This document shows positions 9,898-20,302 of a stretch of DNA of 64,000 nucleotides, one piece after another; positions within the stretch are counted from its first letter, which is position 1; each line of letters begins with the position of its first letter. The DNA lies in assembly GCA_048499675.1 (NCBI GenBank), contig JASNZL010000003.1, positions 16,241 to 80,240 of the forward strand, read 5' to 3'. This stretch comes from Candidatus Zambryskiibacteriota bacterium (lineage in GTDB: Bacteria; Patescibacteriota; Minisyncoccia; Phycocordibacterales; WO2-35-19). The notes beneath the pieces were generated by a model that saw nothing but the letters and a program-made list of their open reading frames with translations, was not told the origin of the DNA and made no database searches. The translations under genes were made by a program, and so were the position numbers.

Positions 9898-10200
9898 TTA
9901 TCCAAAAATTGTCATGAGTTTTAGTACCGCTAACCATCCATATTTTAAAACCAGAATGGCAACAAAACTATATACAATAAACAAAATAGATTGTTTTAGA
10001 ATATATGCCCTTGTTTGATTTTCTTTAATTAATTTCTTTATTAATATGTACAGAAAAAGTATAAATAAAATAAGGGTATGGATAAAATAAATTGGTAAAT
10101 GGTAGCTAATATATGGTAATAAAAGAGGTAGCACAAATATATACGAAAAAAGGTGTGTGAAGAAATACATCAAAGCTAGTTTATTCGTGTAATTGCTCAT
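9898..10200 (-). CDS. Small hydrophobic protein, hypothetical
   Basis: 100-aa ORF with three predicted TM segments. AT-rich, so it could be spurious. Confidence 0.3.
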   Translation of the reverse strand: MSNYTNKLALMYFFTHLFSYIFVLPLLLPYISYHLPIYFIHTLILFILFLYILIKKLIKENQTRAYILKQSILFIVYSFVAILVLKYGWLAVLKLMTIFG

Positions 10201-10225
10201 TTTTAAAATATAAACATCATTTAAA

Positions 10226-11026
10226 TTAAGCTATATTTTTTACAGAGTAGATATCATTTCTTATTTCATTAACATACTCTTCAACTAAAGAAGAAAGAGC
10301 TACCTTTTCTTCGCTCGAGAGTTTTATGAGGCCATCTCTCTCCAAATCATCATCTGAGTATCCATCTATAGCACAAGATAAATAATCTAAAAAAGCTTTA
10401 AAATAATTAGGGTTCCATAGATACATAGTTACTAATTCATTCGCATCTTCTACAGCTCGCACAGCTCTTTGTGAAGTAGGATCTGCCACAGTGTTATAAT
10501 CTGGAACGTTTCCCCACGTTGAAAAACCTCCATTATTTTGTTCTCTTTTTTTAAAACAAAAAAGCCATAAAATTGCATAATTTGAATCTATTTGATTATT
10601 CAAAACTCTTGTATACCATGCATTTGGGTTATCTGGACTTTCTTTTTTCATTAAGTATTCTTGATAAGCATGACTAACTTCATGTAAGAATCTATACTGA
10701 TCTGTTTCGTCTGGTTTTGGGAAAAGCGCCTCTTGTGTGTCAGGATCTATGCCTAGTCGAAATATATAATACTTGTATTGTTCTGCTGGCATTTCATTTT
10801 CAGCAATATAGATTTTATTATTTTCATATTTAAAACCCCATGAATTTCTCCACACATCAATGCCACGAATTATATTTTTATCAACCAAGAAATCACCTAA
10901 TTCTATAGGTAATTTGGATTTATCCGTATTAATTCTATCTGGTAAACTTAAGTAAGCGTGTAAACTCTCTTTCAACTCTAAATTACCGAGAGTATTTTGT
11001 TGTGAGTAATTAAATCTTTCTATCAT
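10226..11026 (-). CDS. Hypothetical protein with an HExxH motif (possible metallopeptidase)
   Basis: 266-aa ORF containing FLHEVSHAYQEY. No other recognisable domain. Confidence 0.4.
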   Translation of the reverse strand: MIERFNYSQQNTLGNLELKESLHAYLSLPDRINTDKSKLPIELGDFLVDKNIIRGIDVWRNSWGFKYENNKIYIAENEMPAEQYKYYIFRLGIDPDTQEALFPKPDETDQYRFLHEVSHAYQEYLMKKESPDNPNAWYTRVLNNQIDSNYAILWLFCFKKREQNNGGFSTWGNVPDYNTVADPTSQRAVRAVEDANELVTMYLWNPNYFKAFLDYLSCAIDGYSDDDLERDGLIKLSSEEKVALSSLVEEYVNEIRNDIYSVKNIA

Positions 11027-11053
11027 TAATCTTAAATCTTTATTCTGGAAGTT

Positions 11054-11569
11054 CTATCTTGGTGTCCCAAACATTTGGACAACAAATATGGCTTCCCTGC
11101 CTTTGTATATTCCTGAAGAAGTCGCTATACCTATCTCAGTATATTTTGGATTTACAATATTTAAAAAGTGCCCTCTTGAGTTCATCCATGCTCTATGGAC
11201 TTCATCAGAATCCAAAAAATTCACAGCTAGATTTTCACCAGCGTGTTTGTAATCATATCCAGCAAGCTCCATAAAATACCAAGGCCTCTTACCATCCGGT
11301 GTGTTGTGAGCAAAATAACCTTTTTCTGCCATATCGTTTGCCTTCAATTGGGCCGCTTCTACTAAAAGTGGGTTTACCGATAATTCACTCACATTTGCCT
11401 TTATTCTATCTACGTTGGCCAAATTAACAAGAACTGAGGCATATATAGCTCCTAACGAATCTAGTACAGAATACCTAAATGAGGGCATAATACCCGCAAG
11501 CAGAACCAAAAAGACCACTATTCCTATGCCTATTTTTAACTTCATAATCTCTTTATATTTTTTAGTCAT
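11054..11569 (-). CDS. CAP/SCP (YkwD-like) domain secreted protein
   Basis: N-terminal TM segment. YFAHNTPDGKRPW...HAGENLA...AWMNSRGHFLNIVNPKYTEIGIA are CAP-domain hallmarks. Confidence 0.6.
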   Translation of the reverse strand: MTKKYKEIMKLKIGIGIVVFLVLLAGIMPSFRYSVLDSLGAIYASVLVNLANVDRIKANVSELSVNPLLVEAAQLKANDMAEKGYFAHNTPDGKRPWYFMELAGYDYKHAGENLAVNFLDSDEVHRAWMNSRGHFLNIVNPKYTEIGIATSSGIYKGREAIFVVQMFGTPR

Positions 11570-11697
11570 ACCAACAATTAATTATACCATATCTTTAATA
11601 TAATAATAACAAATTTAAAGCTTTACAATATATTTTTTGGTATAATGTATTTAGCTGATAATTTATATATCAGCAGTTTATAAGCTAATTAATTATT

Positions 11698-12597
11698 ATG
11701 AAATTTAGTAAAAGTATAGCGATTGGAACTTTGGTTGTATCTATATTTGCTATGAGTTTTGGAACAGCGGGAGCTCAGACAACTAACGAGGCTCTTATGA
11801 ATCAAATTCAAACTCTATTACAGCAAATAAAAACTTTGCAAGATCAAATTGCAAATATTGATGCTCAGCAAAATCAATTAAGAACTGAGCTTCAAGAAAA
11901 ACTCAGACTTACAAGGTCATTAAGTCTAGGTATGACCAGCGAAGAAGTAAAATTACTTCAAGAAATACTTGCTACAGATCCAGACATATATCCAGAAGGT
12001 TTAGTTACGGGATATTTCGGTCCCCTAACAGAGAAGGCAGTTAAAAAATTTCAGGCTAAATTTGGAATAGAACAAGTAGGTAACGTTGGTCCTAAAACAT
12101 TAGCAAAGTTAAATACTTTACTTACTGAAGGAGCTGGGAATTCAGGTAAAGTACCACCAGGGCTTCTTATAGCTCCAGGAATTGCTAAAAAAATGGATAT
12201 GTCGCAATATGGTGCATTACCTAATCAAAAATTGCCACCCGGAATTGCTAAGAAGTTGGATGGGACCACACCATCAAATAACCAATCAACTACAACAGAC
12301 ACAACTGCTCCTGTAATAACTGGATTTACAACCTCTAACATAACTGCTTCGACATCAAAAGTTTCTTGGTCAACAAACGAGCTATCAACATCAACTTTGT
12401 GGTTTAGCTCAACAACACCAATCACATCTGGTTATTACATCACAAAGACTGGAAGTTGGAACACGACACACATATTTGAGCTAGATAACTTAAATGCTTC
12501 TACTACATACTATGTCAAAGTAGAAGTTTCAGATTTCTCTAATAACAAAAATACAAAAGAAGGTACTTTTGAGACATTAGCAGAAACAACTCAATAG
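11698..12597 (+). CDS. Secreted protein with a PG_binding_1 (peptidoglycan-binding) domain and a Thr/Ser-rich Ig/FN3-like C-terminal domain
   Basis: Signal peptide and coiled-coil. LSLGMTSEEVKLLQEIL...TGYFGPLTEKAVKKFQAKFGI matches the PG-binding repeat. Confidence 0.55.
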   Translation: MKFSKSIAIGTLVVSIFAMSFGTAGAQTTNEALMNQIQTLLQQIKTLQDQIANIDAQQNQLRTELQEKLRLTRSLSLGMTSEEVKLLQEILATDPDIYPEGLVTGYFGPLTEKAVKKFQAKFGIEQVGNVGPKTLAKLNTLLTEGAGNSGKVPPGLLIAPGIAKKMDMSQYGALPNQKLPPGIAKKLDGTTPSNNQSTTTDTTAPVITGFTTSNITASTSKVSWSTNELSTSTLWFSSTTPITSGYYITKTGSWNTTHIFELDNLNASTTYYVKVEVSDFSNNKNTKEGTFETLAETTQ

Positions 12598-12629
12598 AAC
12601 TTATTGACAAAAGGATAAAATAAAGAAAG

Positions 12630-12660
12630 GCGCCCCGAGAGTAGACTCTCGGGGCGCTTT
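12630..12660. terminator. Bidirectional intrinsic terminator between convergent genes
   Basis: gcgccccgagagtagactctcggggcgc hairpin flanked by A/T runs on both sides. Confidence 0.6.
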
Positions 12661-12663
12661 GGC

Positions 12664-13299
12664 TTAACGTCGCTTCTTGTGATGATAGAGGCCTGTAAGA
12701 GCGAGGCCTGCACCAAGGAGCAATGATGTCATGGGCTCAGGGATGGGTTCGGGAGGGCCGTACCCATTCGGTCGAGCAATGAAGTCCGTGGTGTTCGCCG
12801 ATAACAGGTCAACAAGACCCGCGTTGTAAGCGTACGCGTTCTGTCCGTCACGGGCATACATATTGCCCCAAACTGGAGCTCTGTTGCTTGTGAAAGAGAA
12901 CGTGTAGGGAGACCCACCCGAGAAGTTGAACTTAACTCCGTAGATGTCAACGGGTTGTTCGAAGTTCGGCGGAGTGAATGCCTCGTAGGTGCGCGGACCA
13001 TCAGCTGTACCGGTGCTTTCATTGGTGATACAGAGAGGGTCATCCCCACATCCATTCGTGAACTCAAGCAAGATGTGCGAAAGATCAGAACCTTCATGAG
13101 TAAAGGTGTAGGTGTAGGTGTAGACCCCAGCCTCCTCCATGATGTTCCAACTCATCGAAGCATTACCCTCCCAGTCGCCAAAACCAGCAAGTTGAGTCGA
13201 GCCACTCATAGTGGCTGACTTACCATAGACGATTGTAGCGCCACTCGCCATTGAAACGGCGAGAAAGAGCACAATGATGACACAGAGTGCATATCGCAT
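12664..13299 (-). CDS. PEP-CTERM domain secreted protein (GC-rich, compositionally foreign)
   Basis: Signal peptide. The C-terminus PEPIPEPMTSLLLGAGLALTGLYHHKKRR is a PEP motif, a TM segment and a basic tail. Its GC content is far above the flanks. Confidence 0.7.
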   Translation of the reverse strand: MRYALCVIIVLFLAVSMASGATIVYGKSATMSGSTQLAGFGDWEGNASMSWNIMEEAGVYTYTYTFTHEGSDLSHILLEFTNGCGDDPLCITNESTGTADGPRTYEAFTPPNFEQPVDIYGVKFNFSGGSPYTFSFTSNRAPVWGNMYARDGQNAYAYNAGLVDLLSANTTDFIARPNGYGPPEPIPEPMTSLLLGAGLALTGLYHHKKRR

Positions 13300-13411
13300 G
13301 TTTTTTCTCCGATTTTATTCAGCCCCAAAATGTGCTGTCTTAGGAATTTATATCATAAAGTTCATAAATTTCAACCTTTTTTGGTTATATCATGTGAATA
13401 CTTAATCATAT

Positions 13412-13436
13412 AAAAAATCCCGTACGGGATTTTTTA
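13412..13436. terminator. Bidirectional A/T-flanked hairpin terminator downstream of the 1182-aa gene
   Basis: aaaaaatcccgtacgggatttttt. Confidence 0.5.
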
Positions 13437-13459
13437 TATGATTAATATTTAACAAAGCA

Positions 13460-16400
13460 TTAAGGAAGTTGTGGTATAGGTGTTGTTGCAAGCATCTCTG
13501 GACACTTCAAGATATTAATCCACCTCTTTGTTGTTTTGTAGACATATCCTGTTGGACCATCTGTTGGTACTCCAGCTACTGCCCATGGAATAAGAGTTCC
13601 TGCTTCTTGGTGAGCTTGGAATTTTTTAACCATTTCAAATGTAATTGGTCCATAAAATCCTGTCACAGGGTTGTCTAATTCAAAGAATTGATTTAGGAAT
13701 ATCTGAAGTTTTCTCACTTCGTCAGGATTGTTCTTTGCACCAAACTTAATGTATTCCTTCAAGTATGGTTCACACATCAATCCCTCATCATCTGTTGATG
13801 CTCCCAATACTGATCCTTGAGAAGAAAACAACCCGCTAATATCTCTCCTTCTACCTCCTGGAGGTGTTGTTCCCCCAGTGTCATCTGTGAGTGTTTGCTG
13901 GATCTGTACATCATCTTCCTCATCATTGTTATCTTTTACACATTGACCCTCAACAAACGACTCTCCTTCTTTACAAACTAACTCAGGTAAGTCAGTAGTA
14001 TTGAATATTGAGATTGCTTCATCTTCTGAATCGATCACAACAGTGCCTCTACCTGATAAATAACTCCAACCGTCTTTCATAATTTCATCAGCTTCGTAAG
14101 TTCCGTAAGGTACATTTTCAAATACCACACAACCATTCTGTCCTGTTACACCAGCAAATCCTTCGTATATGTCTACGCTAAGATTACCGGAGTTATCTCC
14201 ATAGTTATCGTCTAGAATTCTGAGTGAAAGTACTCCAGAGGTTGAAGTTGAGTGAGCATATACATGATTTGGGTTAAAGATTGAACCCCAGTCTGTGTAA
14301 GATTCATTTACTTGTATGCCTAGCCAACCTTGAACTGATAGAGGAAAATCATTTACTCTAACCCAAGGAACATAAGGCCCACCATATACAGCATCACTTG
14401 GTAATCTCAAAGAATATGCAGCATCACTAGTTGAAGCTGTTGGGTCGCTTGGTCTGTATACATATGTGCCATTTGCAAGCAGAACGTAATTACCTTGTTC
14501 TAGAGCAATAGAATTATAATTATTTCCATCTGGATAAACACTAACGCTATCTTCCAAATCTCCCAAAAGCATAAGAGTCCATCCTGACAAAGGATTTTTA
14601 CTTTCATCATATTTACACATTGTAACAGTAGATACATTTGGACATGTTTCGTTCTCTACGATTATGTATGTATTTGAATTTAGGTTAGTAAGTGAAGGGT
14701 GCGTAGTAATCAAATCGGATTCCTCTGCTTCAGTTAATGTACTTCCGACTCTATACCCAACCAATCTAAACTTACCATTCTGACATTGTGCACCAATTGG
14801 CAAGACATTACTATTTCCGCCAGTGACTTCTTCCAAATTGAATATTGCGGGGGCATTTAGTGTTTCGCTTGTGTAAGAATAAGGATTATTAAGATTAATT
14901 TGACCACTTTCGTTTTTACCTAAGTAGCTCCATGAATAATTCATAGGGAAAGAATATTCTCCTTCAGCTATTTTTCCATCCAAATACTTATACACTTTAA
15001 CTTGAAGTTTTTCTGGTTCGTGAGGATTATCACCAGGACATAGTTTAGTATCTACATATAGAGCATAAATTACTCCAGCTGGATTAGTCTCATATGTACC
15101 TCCTTCTAATGCCCAGTTATGCACTGTAATCTCAATTGTATTTTCTCCATACACCAAAGCACTAGTCACATCATAATCAACAAACGAGCTAAAATTATTT
15201 TCATTTGTTGTAGAAGCTATCTCGCTTCCATTTATTATGACCTTATAGCTATTATCAGATGCAAGAGATAGAAGCGCGTCTGTTGGTACACCAGCCACGT
15301 TAAATGTTTTTGTAAATACTTTCACTTCATCTTGTGTTGGGTTTTGTACTTGCGCATCGCTCCACATCCAAATTGCATCGCTTGTTGTTGATACCCAATT
15401 TTGGTGTGTATAAGTTTCAACAGATGTTCCTTCGCCTACGCTATGATTTTCATCCGAGTAAAAGACCTGTGTTCCATATGTACAAGGGTCAGCTGGTTCA
15501 TTTTGACAGGTCAAACTTACATTATCCAAGAATGTACCCATTGAATCCTCAAGACCTCTATCTTCAAACTGAAGCCGCATAATTTCACCATTTCCAACTA
15601 AATCTACACTGTATTCTTGCCAATTCGTTTGATTAGTATTGTTTGTTAGTGTAAACGGTGAACCTAAAACATTATTATTTCCCCAAAGAACACCTAGAAC
15701 ATTATTATTGCTTAATGTATTTGGTCTAGCAGAGAATGAGAATTTTAATTCATAATTCTGATTCTCAATTGTTTCTATATCTTGCCAAATTTTTGTTGAC
15801 GCACCACTGCCTTGATTACTTGGACCATACCAATCACCATCAAGTTCGGCGTACTGAGAACCATGATTAGCAAGCCAGCTAAATACTCCTCTATGTAATT
15901 CTAATGAAGGAGTTACTTCTGTTGAATTCATCCAATCAAATGACCATCCGGGAACTGTTTGGAATATATTCCATGAATTATCACTGAGAACCGGAGCTTC
16001 AAAGCTTCCGTTTTCAATTAAGTTTATATTCGGATCGCAAATCAATCGTTCTACTACTTCAGGGCAAGCTTTGCTACCCGACGAAGCTGTAGCAGTCCTA
16101 TTGTTGCCATCAGGTCCTTTTAGTGACCATACGAGGTTACTTCCATCAAAATCAACCTGAAAAGCACTGTCATCAAATGGTGTCCTTCCTGGTCTTCCAT
16201 CAGGATGATTTGGTACAGAGTATAAGAAACTTGTAGTTTGTCCCTGATCCATACCAACCAAACCCCCGCCTGTTATTTTATTGTCATTACCAACTGGTAT
16301 GACAACCTCCATTTCATTTTTATTTTCGTATCCAAAATGAGCTGTGTATGTTCCATCATCATTATCAACTACACACTCCAAAATTGGACTGATTTTCTGA

Positions 16401-17008
16401 TCTGCTACTTTGGCAATCTTTGTGCCAGTAATTTTTACATTATCTATAAATAACTGGTCATTTCCGTGATCTAATTTTGCTTTAAATCTAATTTGAAAAT
16501 TTGGATTATCGTTTGCTAAATTACTTAATGGACCAAAAACTTTTTTTGTCCAAATATTAGTTTCTTGTCCATCTTCAAATTCATGTAGAGTATTCCAATT
16601 TGTACCATCAAACCAATCTACTTTTACATAATCTCCACTTTCAAAACCATTTGGATTGTTTGCACCTTCCTGATGCGGCATCTTGTACTCAAATTCTAAA
16701 TACACATTTTCGTAATTACTTGTTGATATTGATTTTCTTAGAATCTTATCGTTATTAACGCCTCCCGTTGGTCCTTCTACTCTTGCATAAAAGTCACCTG
16801 CATCACTACCTTTTTGCCATTTGTTATCAGCTTGTGTCCACTTATTTAGTGGTGGATTAGATTCAAATCCATCTTCAAAAATTGTTTGTTCGAGGGTAAT
16901 AGCCCCTGCTCTTAAAGGCAAAAACACTCCAACTTGGACCAAAAGAGAGAGTATTAAAAACATAGAAGAAAACTTTCTGAAATTTTCTCCAGATAATAAA
17001 TTTTTCAT
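13460..17008 (-). CDS. Giant secreted surface protein (1182 aa) with a C-terminal peptidoglycan-binding domain
   Basis: Signal peptide MKNLLSGENFRKFSSMFLILSLLVQVGVFLPLRAGA. A lectin/DUF642-like segment (NLIENGSFEAP...GWSFDW...HGSQYAELDG). C-terminal PG_binding_1 (FYGPITFEMVKKFQAHQEAGT). Confidence 0.7.
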   Translation of the reverse strand: MKNLLSGENFRKFSSMFLILSLLVQVGVFLPLRAGAITLEQTIFEDGFESNPPLNKWTQADNKWQKGSDAGDFYARVEGPTGGVNNDKILRKSISTSNYENVYLEFEYKMPHQEGANNPNGFESGDYVKVDWFDGTNWNTLHEFEDGQETNIWTKKVFGPLSNLANDNPNFQIRFKAKLDHGNDQLFIDNVKITGTKIAKVADQKISPILECVVDNDDGTYTAHFGYENKNEMEVVIPVGNDNKITGGGLVGMDQGQTTSFLYSVPNHPDGRPGRTPFDDSAFQVDFDGSNLVWSLKGPDGNNRTATASSGSKACPEVVERLICDPNINLIENGSFEAPVLSDNSWNIFQTVPGWSFDWMNSTEVTPSLELHRGVFSWLANHGSQYAELDGDWYGPSNQGSGASTKIWQDIETIENQNYELKFSFSARPNTLSNNNVLGVLWGNNNVLGSPFTLTNNTNQTNWQEYSVDLVGNGEIMRLQFEDRGLEDSMGTFLDNVSLTCQNEPADPCTYGTQVFYSDENHSVGEGTSVETYTHQNWVSTTSDAIWMWSDAQVQNPTQDEVKVFTKTFNVAGVPTDALLSLASDNSYKVIINGSEIASTTNENNFSSFVDYDVTSALVYGENTIEITVHNWALEGGTYETNPAGVIYALYVDTKLCPGDNPHEPEKLQVKVYKYLDGKIAEGEYSFPMNYSWSYLGKNESGQINLNNPYSYTSETLNAPAIFNLEEVTGGNSNVLPIGAQCQNGKFRLVGYRVGSTLTEAEESDLITTHPSLTNLNSNTYIIVENETCPNVSTVTMCKYDESKNPLSGWTLMLLGDLEDSVSVYPDGNNYNSIALEQGNYVLLANGTYVYRPSDPTASTSDAAYSLRLPSDAVYGGPYVPWVRVNDFPLSVQGWLGIQVNESYTDWGSIFNPNHVYAHSTSTSGVLSLRILDDNYGDNSGNLSVDIYEGFAGVTGQNGCVVFENVPYGTYEADEIMKDGWSYLSGRGTVVIDSEDEAISIFNTTDLPELVCKEGESFVEGQCVKDNNDEEDDVQIQQTLTDDTGGTTPPGGRRRDISGLFSSQGSVLGASTDDEGLMCEPYLKEYIKFGAKNNPDEVRKLQIFLNQFFELDNPVTGFYGPITFEMVKKFQAHQEAGTLIPWAVAGVPTDGPTGYVYKTTKRWINILKCPEMLATTPIPQLP

Positions 17009-17162
17009 AGTAATAAATTATTAATAACGAAATCGAATAAATTTTAATAATGAATTTTGTCCGGTTTCGCCACTCTCCCCAAGCAAATGCTTTTGCCCAC
17101 TTCATAAGGCGACCAATAATAGAAGTAGACTCAATAAGGGATACAAAATAATTTATCCCCCA

Positions 17163-18158
17163 GATACCTTTGAAGTAGGACAGTTATAATTAATTTTTAG
17201 CAAAAATTAAATTTTAATTGTCATGAAAAAGAAATATTGTCATTTGTCGTTTGAAGAGAGATTTGCAATTGAAGTGATGTATCGAAAAGGCCGGAGATCT
17301 GCCCATTGCAGTTTTTGGATCGTAGTCCAAATACAGTGAGCCGAGAGATACGGAAACATAGTGTTAATGGTGCATATGAGGCCAGGAAAGCTAAGCAAAA
17401 ATCATTAGCAGAAAGATGGAGAGCAAAAGCTCAATGTCTCAAAGTAGCAATGAACAGTTTCCTTTGCGTTTTCGTTGAAGAGAAACTTCAAAACAAGTGG
17501 TCACCAAAACAAATTAGTGGGTATTTGAAGAGAGAGTACGGCATCATTTGCTCTAGCAAAGCCATATACAAATTTGCTGAGAGCCGTGGATTAGATCACT
17601 TGCTTTTCTGGGGCTGGAACAACATGAAAGCTTGTCGCAAGAGATACAAATGGAAAACACCCAAAGATGGAAGGAAATATATTGGACAAAGACCAGAAAG
17701 AAAAGAAGTTGGTCATCTAGAGATGGACTTCATTGTCTCCAAAGAAAGTTCTTGGGTTCTCTTGGTAGTAGTTGATCGTTTTGCTAAAAAAACTTGGGTG
17801 AGGAAAACACTCATTACAGAAAACGACACTATTCGTGCCTCTTATGTCCATGGGATTGTTTTAAAGTCGATCACCACGGACAATGATTCAGCTATTCAAG
17901 ATGCTGGAGTATGAGATCTCCTCAACACTGTCATATATTTTACACATCCATACCATTCTTGGGAAAAGGGATTAGTGGAGAATACTAACCGATGGATCAG
18001 ATGTTTTGTACCTAAAAGGAGAAATATCGAGTCAGTGACTGAAGAAGAATTGAAAGGGATTCACACCTTCTTTGAACGACCGACCGAGAGAATGTATTGG
18101 ATTTAGATTACCAACAAGTTATTATTATGAGTTAACATCTGTCCTACTTGAGGGGTAG
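17163..18158 (+). mobile_element. Degenerate IS30-family insertion sequence (about 1 kb) with terminal inverted repeats
   Basis: The left end ...cctttgAAGTAGGACAGtt (17172-17183) and the right end ...aaCTGTCCTACTTgagggg (18139-18150) form inverted repeats. They flank a frameshifted IS30 transposase. Confidence 0.6.
17223..18106 (+). pseudogene. IS30-family transposase, disrupted by multiple frameshifts
   Basis: Three frames carry N-terminal HTH (MKKKYCHLSFEERFAIEVMYRKG), middle (WSPKQISGYLKREYG...GHLEMDFIVSK) and C-terminal (HPYHSWEKGLVENTNRWIRCFVPKRRNIES) segments typical of IS30 DDE transposases. Confidence 0.65.
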
Positions 18159-18278
18159 CGGGAGGTATTTGTACTAGCTATAATAATAGTAGTATTGTCA
18201 AGATTGTCAAGTTGAAACTGTTCTAAAACTGTTTACAAATATATGATTTATTTTGGCAATTGTTCATCAATTATTAGC

Positions 18279-19361
18279 TTACTCTATAATGATACTTTCT
18301 CCATTTTGAAATACGTAAAATTTTATATTTGTATTTACTCTATCCATCATCAAGGTTTTAATCCTATCACTTGGAGCAAAAAATGTTTCAGTAGAAAGTT
18401 TAAAAGTTCCAAAGTGAGTACCCATCGCGGTCTTTACACCAAGCTCTTTATACATTAAGACGGCATCATCTGGAGAAGTATGCATCTCTTTCATAAAACT
18501 TCTTGGTTCATATGCTCCTATTGGAAGCAAAGCAAACCTAAACCCTTCGGGATACTTTTCTTTTATCTGATTTACAAAAGGTCCATATCCTGTGTCACCA
18601 GCAAAATATATATCACCATTATTGGTTTTAACAACAAAACCACCCCATAGTGTTTTATTTCTATCTGATATAGCTCTAGCTGAAAAATGTTGAGCTGGAA
18701 CTGAGTGAATTTTTATTTGCTCATTATATTTGATCTCATCCCACCAATCCATATCAATTACATTTTTTATTCCCCTTTTTTCTAAATATTTTTTATTTCC
18801 TAAGTGGGTATAAATTACGGGATTATACTTTTGTTCCAGTTTTTTTAAAGTATCTATATCCATATGGTCATAGTGATTGTGAGATAAGAGGACGATGTCT
18901 ATTTTTGGTAAATCGTCAAATTTTATCCCAGCCTCAGTGTACCTCTTGGGTCCAACAAAAGAAAAAGGACTAGCTCGTTTAGCCCAAACAGGGTCAGTCA
19001 AAATATTTAAACCCTCAGTTTGAATTAAAACAGTATTGTGATTTACAAAGGTAGCAACAATTGTATTACCCTCTACTATTTCTTCTGGAACAGAATATTT
19101 TTGCTCGTAGCCAGTAATTTCCCAATCTTTATTTTTTCTCATCTCTTTCCAGAAAGTAAAAAAAGATGGCCTATCTTTTGTTTTATTTTCTTCTATAATC
19201 GAAGTTTCTGATTCTTGAATATTATAAAATTTATTTCCATCAAAATTTGATTTGAGTTCTCTACCTTCGGTATCAAATGTTTTAGATGCGAGAGTGTAAT
19301 AAATTATTATTCCAACAATTACAAATAATATTAGAAATCCAAATATTAATCTCAAAATCAT
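18279..19361 (-). CDS. Metallo-beta-lactamase-fold hydrolase (NAPE-PLD-like) with an N-terminal membrane anchor
   Basis: LLSHNHYDHMD (the H.H.DH zinc motif) and a downstream GTHFGTF. An N-terminal TM helix. Confidence 0.65.
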   Translation of the reverse strand: MILRLIFGFLILFVIVGIIIYYTLASKTFDTEGRELKSNFDGNKFYNIQESETSIIEENKTKDRPSFFTFWKEMRKNKDWEITGYEQKYSVPEEIVEGNTIVATFVNHNTVLIQTEGLNILTDPVWAKRASPFSFVGPKRYTEAGIKFDDLPKIDIVLLSHNHYDHMDIDTLKKLEQKYNPVIYTHLGNKKYLEKRGIKNVIDMDWWDEIKYNEQIKIHSVPAQHFSARAISDRNKTLWGGFVVKTNNGDIYFAGDTGYGPFVNQIKEKYPEGFRFALLPIGAYEPRSFMKEMHTSPDDAVLMYKELGVKTAMGTHFGTFKLSTETFFAPSDRIKTLMMDRVNTNIKFYVFQNGESIIIE

Positions 19362-19385
19362 TGCTACATTCTATCAAACAATTTA

Positions 19386-19425
19386 TTTAAAAGAAATCCG
19401 CGTGGGAGCCGAAGCTTCCACGCGG
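19386..19425 (-). terminator. Intrinsic terminator of a PEP-CTERM gene (part of the duplicated 131-bp block)
   Basis: ccgcgtgg-gagccgaagctt-ccacgcgg hairpin, followed on the minus strand by a T-rich run. Confidence 0.5.
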
Positions 19426-19446
19426 AATGGTTTTGCAGAGTAGCCG

Positions 19447-20091
19447 TTAGCTCCTGCGGGAGGCACGCTTGTGCCTGATGTAGCCGAGGCCAAGGAGGCC
19501 AAGGCCCATGAGGGCGACTGTGGTGGGCTCGGGGACTGATTCAGCCGTGCCCGACCAAATGGCGCCGGTCGGCCCTCCACCGAGTTGGTAAACCTCCATC
19601 ACGAGAGTGTTAGTCCCCTGCTGGAGATACGGCGTGAGAAGGAGGTTCATGAACTCTCCCGGCTCACACGCGATGGGCCCGTCGGCGCAAGCCCCATCCA
19701 TTGTAAAATTGGCCGGCTTGAGGAGCGTGCCGTTGAGCCAGACCGCCATTGTGTCATCGGCCCCGAAGGTGGCCGACCCGCTGTTGACCGCGCTCGGCAG
19801 GAAAAACTGCTGAGTGAATGTCATTGTGGCAGGCCCACTGCTCCAGTTGGGTAGGACAACACCGTTGTAGCCCGTATTTGGATACGCAGAGACCCAACTC
19901 GCCCCAGCGAGCGTATCCCAGGCCGGATGAGGGGTAATGTTGTAAACATTACCCGTGTTCGACGTCGCACTTCCGTCGCCGGAAGCAAACGTCACCGTCG
20001 CGCCAATGGCGGGCATCATACAGACCACCAGAAGCAGAATCATCATCGAAACAACTTTCATTTTATCTCCTTTTCCCCTCCGTTGATCCAA
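19447..20091 (-). CDS. PEP-CTERM domain secreted protein (GC-rich)
   Basis: C-terminus VPEPTTVALMGLGLLGLGYIRHKRASRRS. The true start is probably the internal MKVVSMMILLLVV signal peptide near 20061. Confidence 0.7.
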   Translation of the reverse strand: MDQRRGKGDKMKVVSMMILLLVVCMMPAIGATVTFASGDGSATSNTGNVYNITPHPAWDTLAGASWVSAYPNTGYNGVVLPNWSSGPATMTFTQQFFLPSAVNSGSATFGADDTMAVWLNGTLLKPANFTMDGACADGPIACEPGEFMNLLLTPYLQQGTNTLVMEVYQLGGGPTGAIWSGTAESVPEPTTVALMGLGLLGLGYIRHKRASRRS

Positions 20092-20243
20092 AAGGGAGAT
20101 TTTGTGATTTCTTATAAAACAACAAAATCTCCCCTTTGGATATATAAAAAGAACTGAGATACTTTATAACATAATGTGAAATATTATGCAAGTATACTTA
20201 TAAAAAAGCATAAATTAAATAATTGTGTTTAATCTAGTCAATT

Positions 20244-20281
20244 TAAAAGAAATCCGCGTGGGAGCCGAAGCTTCCACGCGG
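20244..20281 (-). terminator. Second copy of the same terminator hairpin
   Basis: Identical sequence to 19386-19425. Confidence 0.5.
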
Positions 20282-20302
20282 AATGGTTTTGCAGAGTAGC
20301 CG

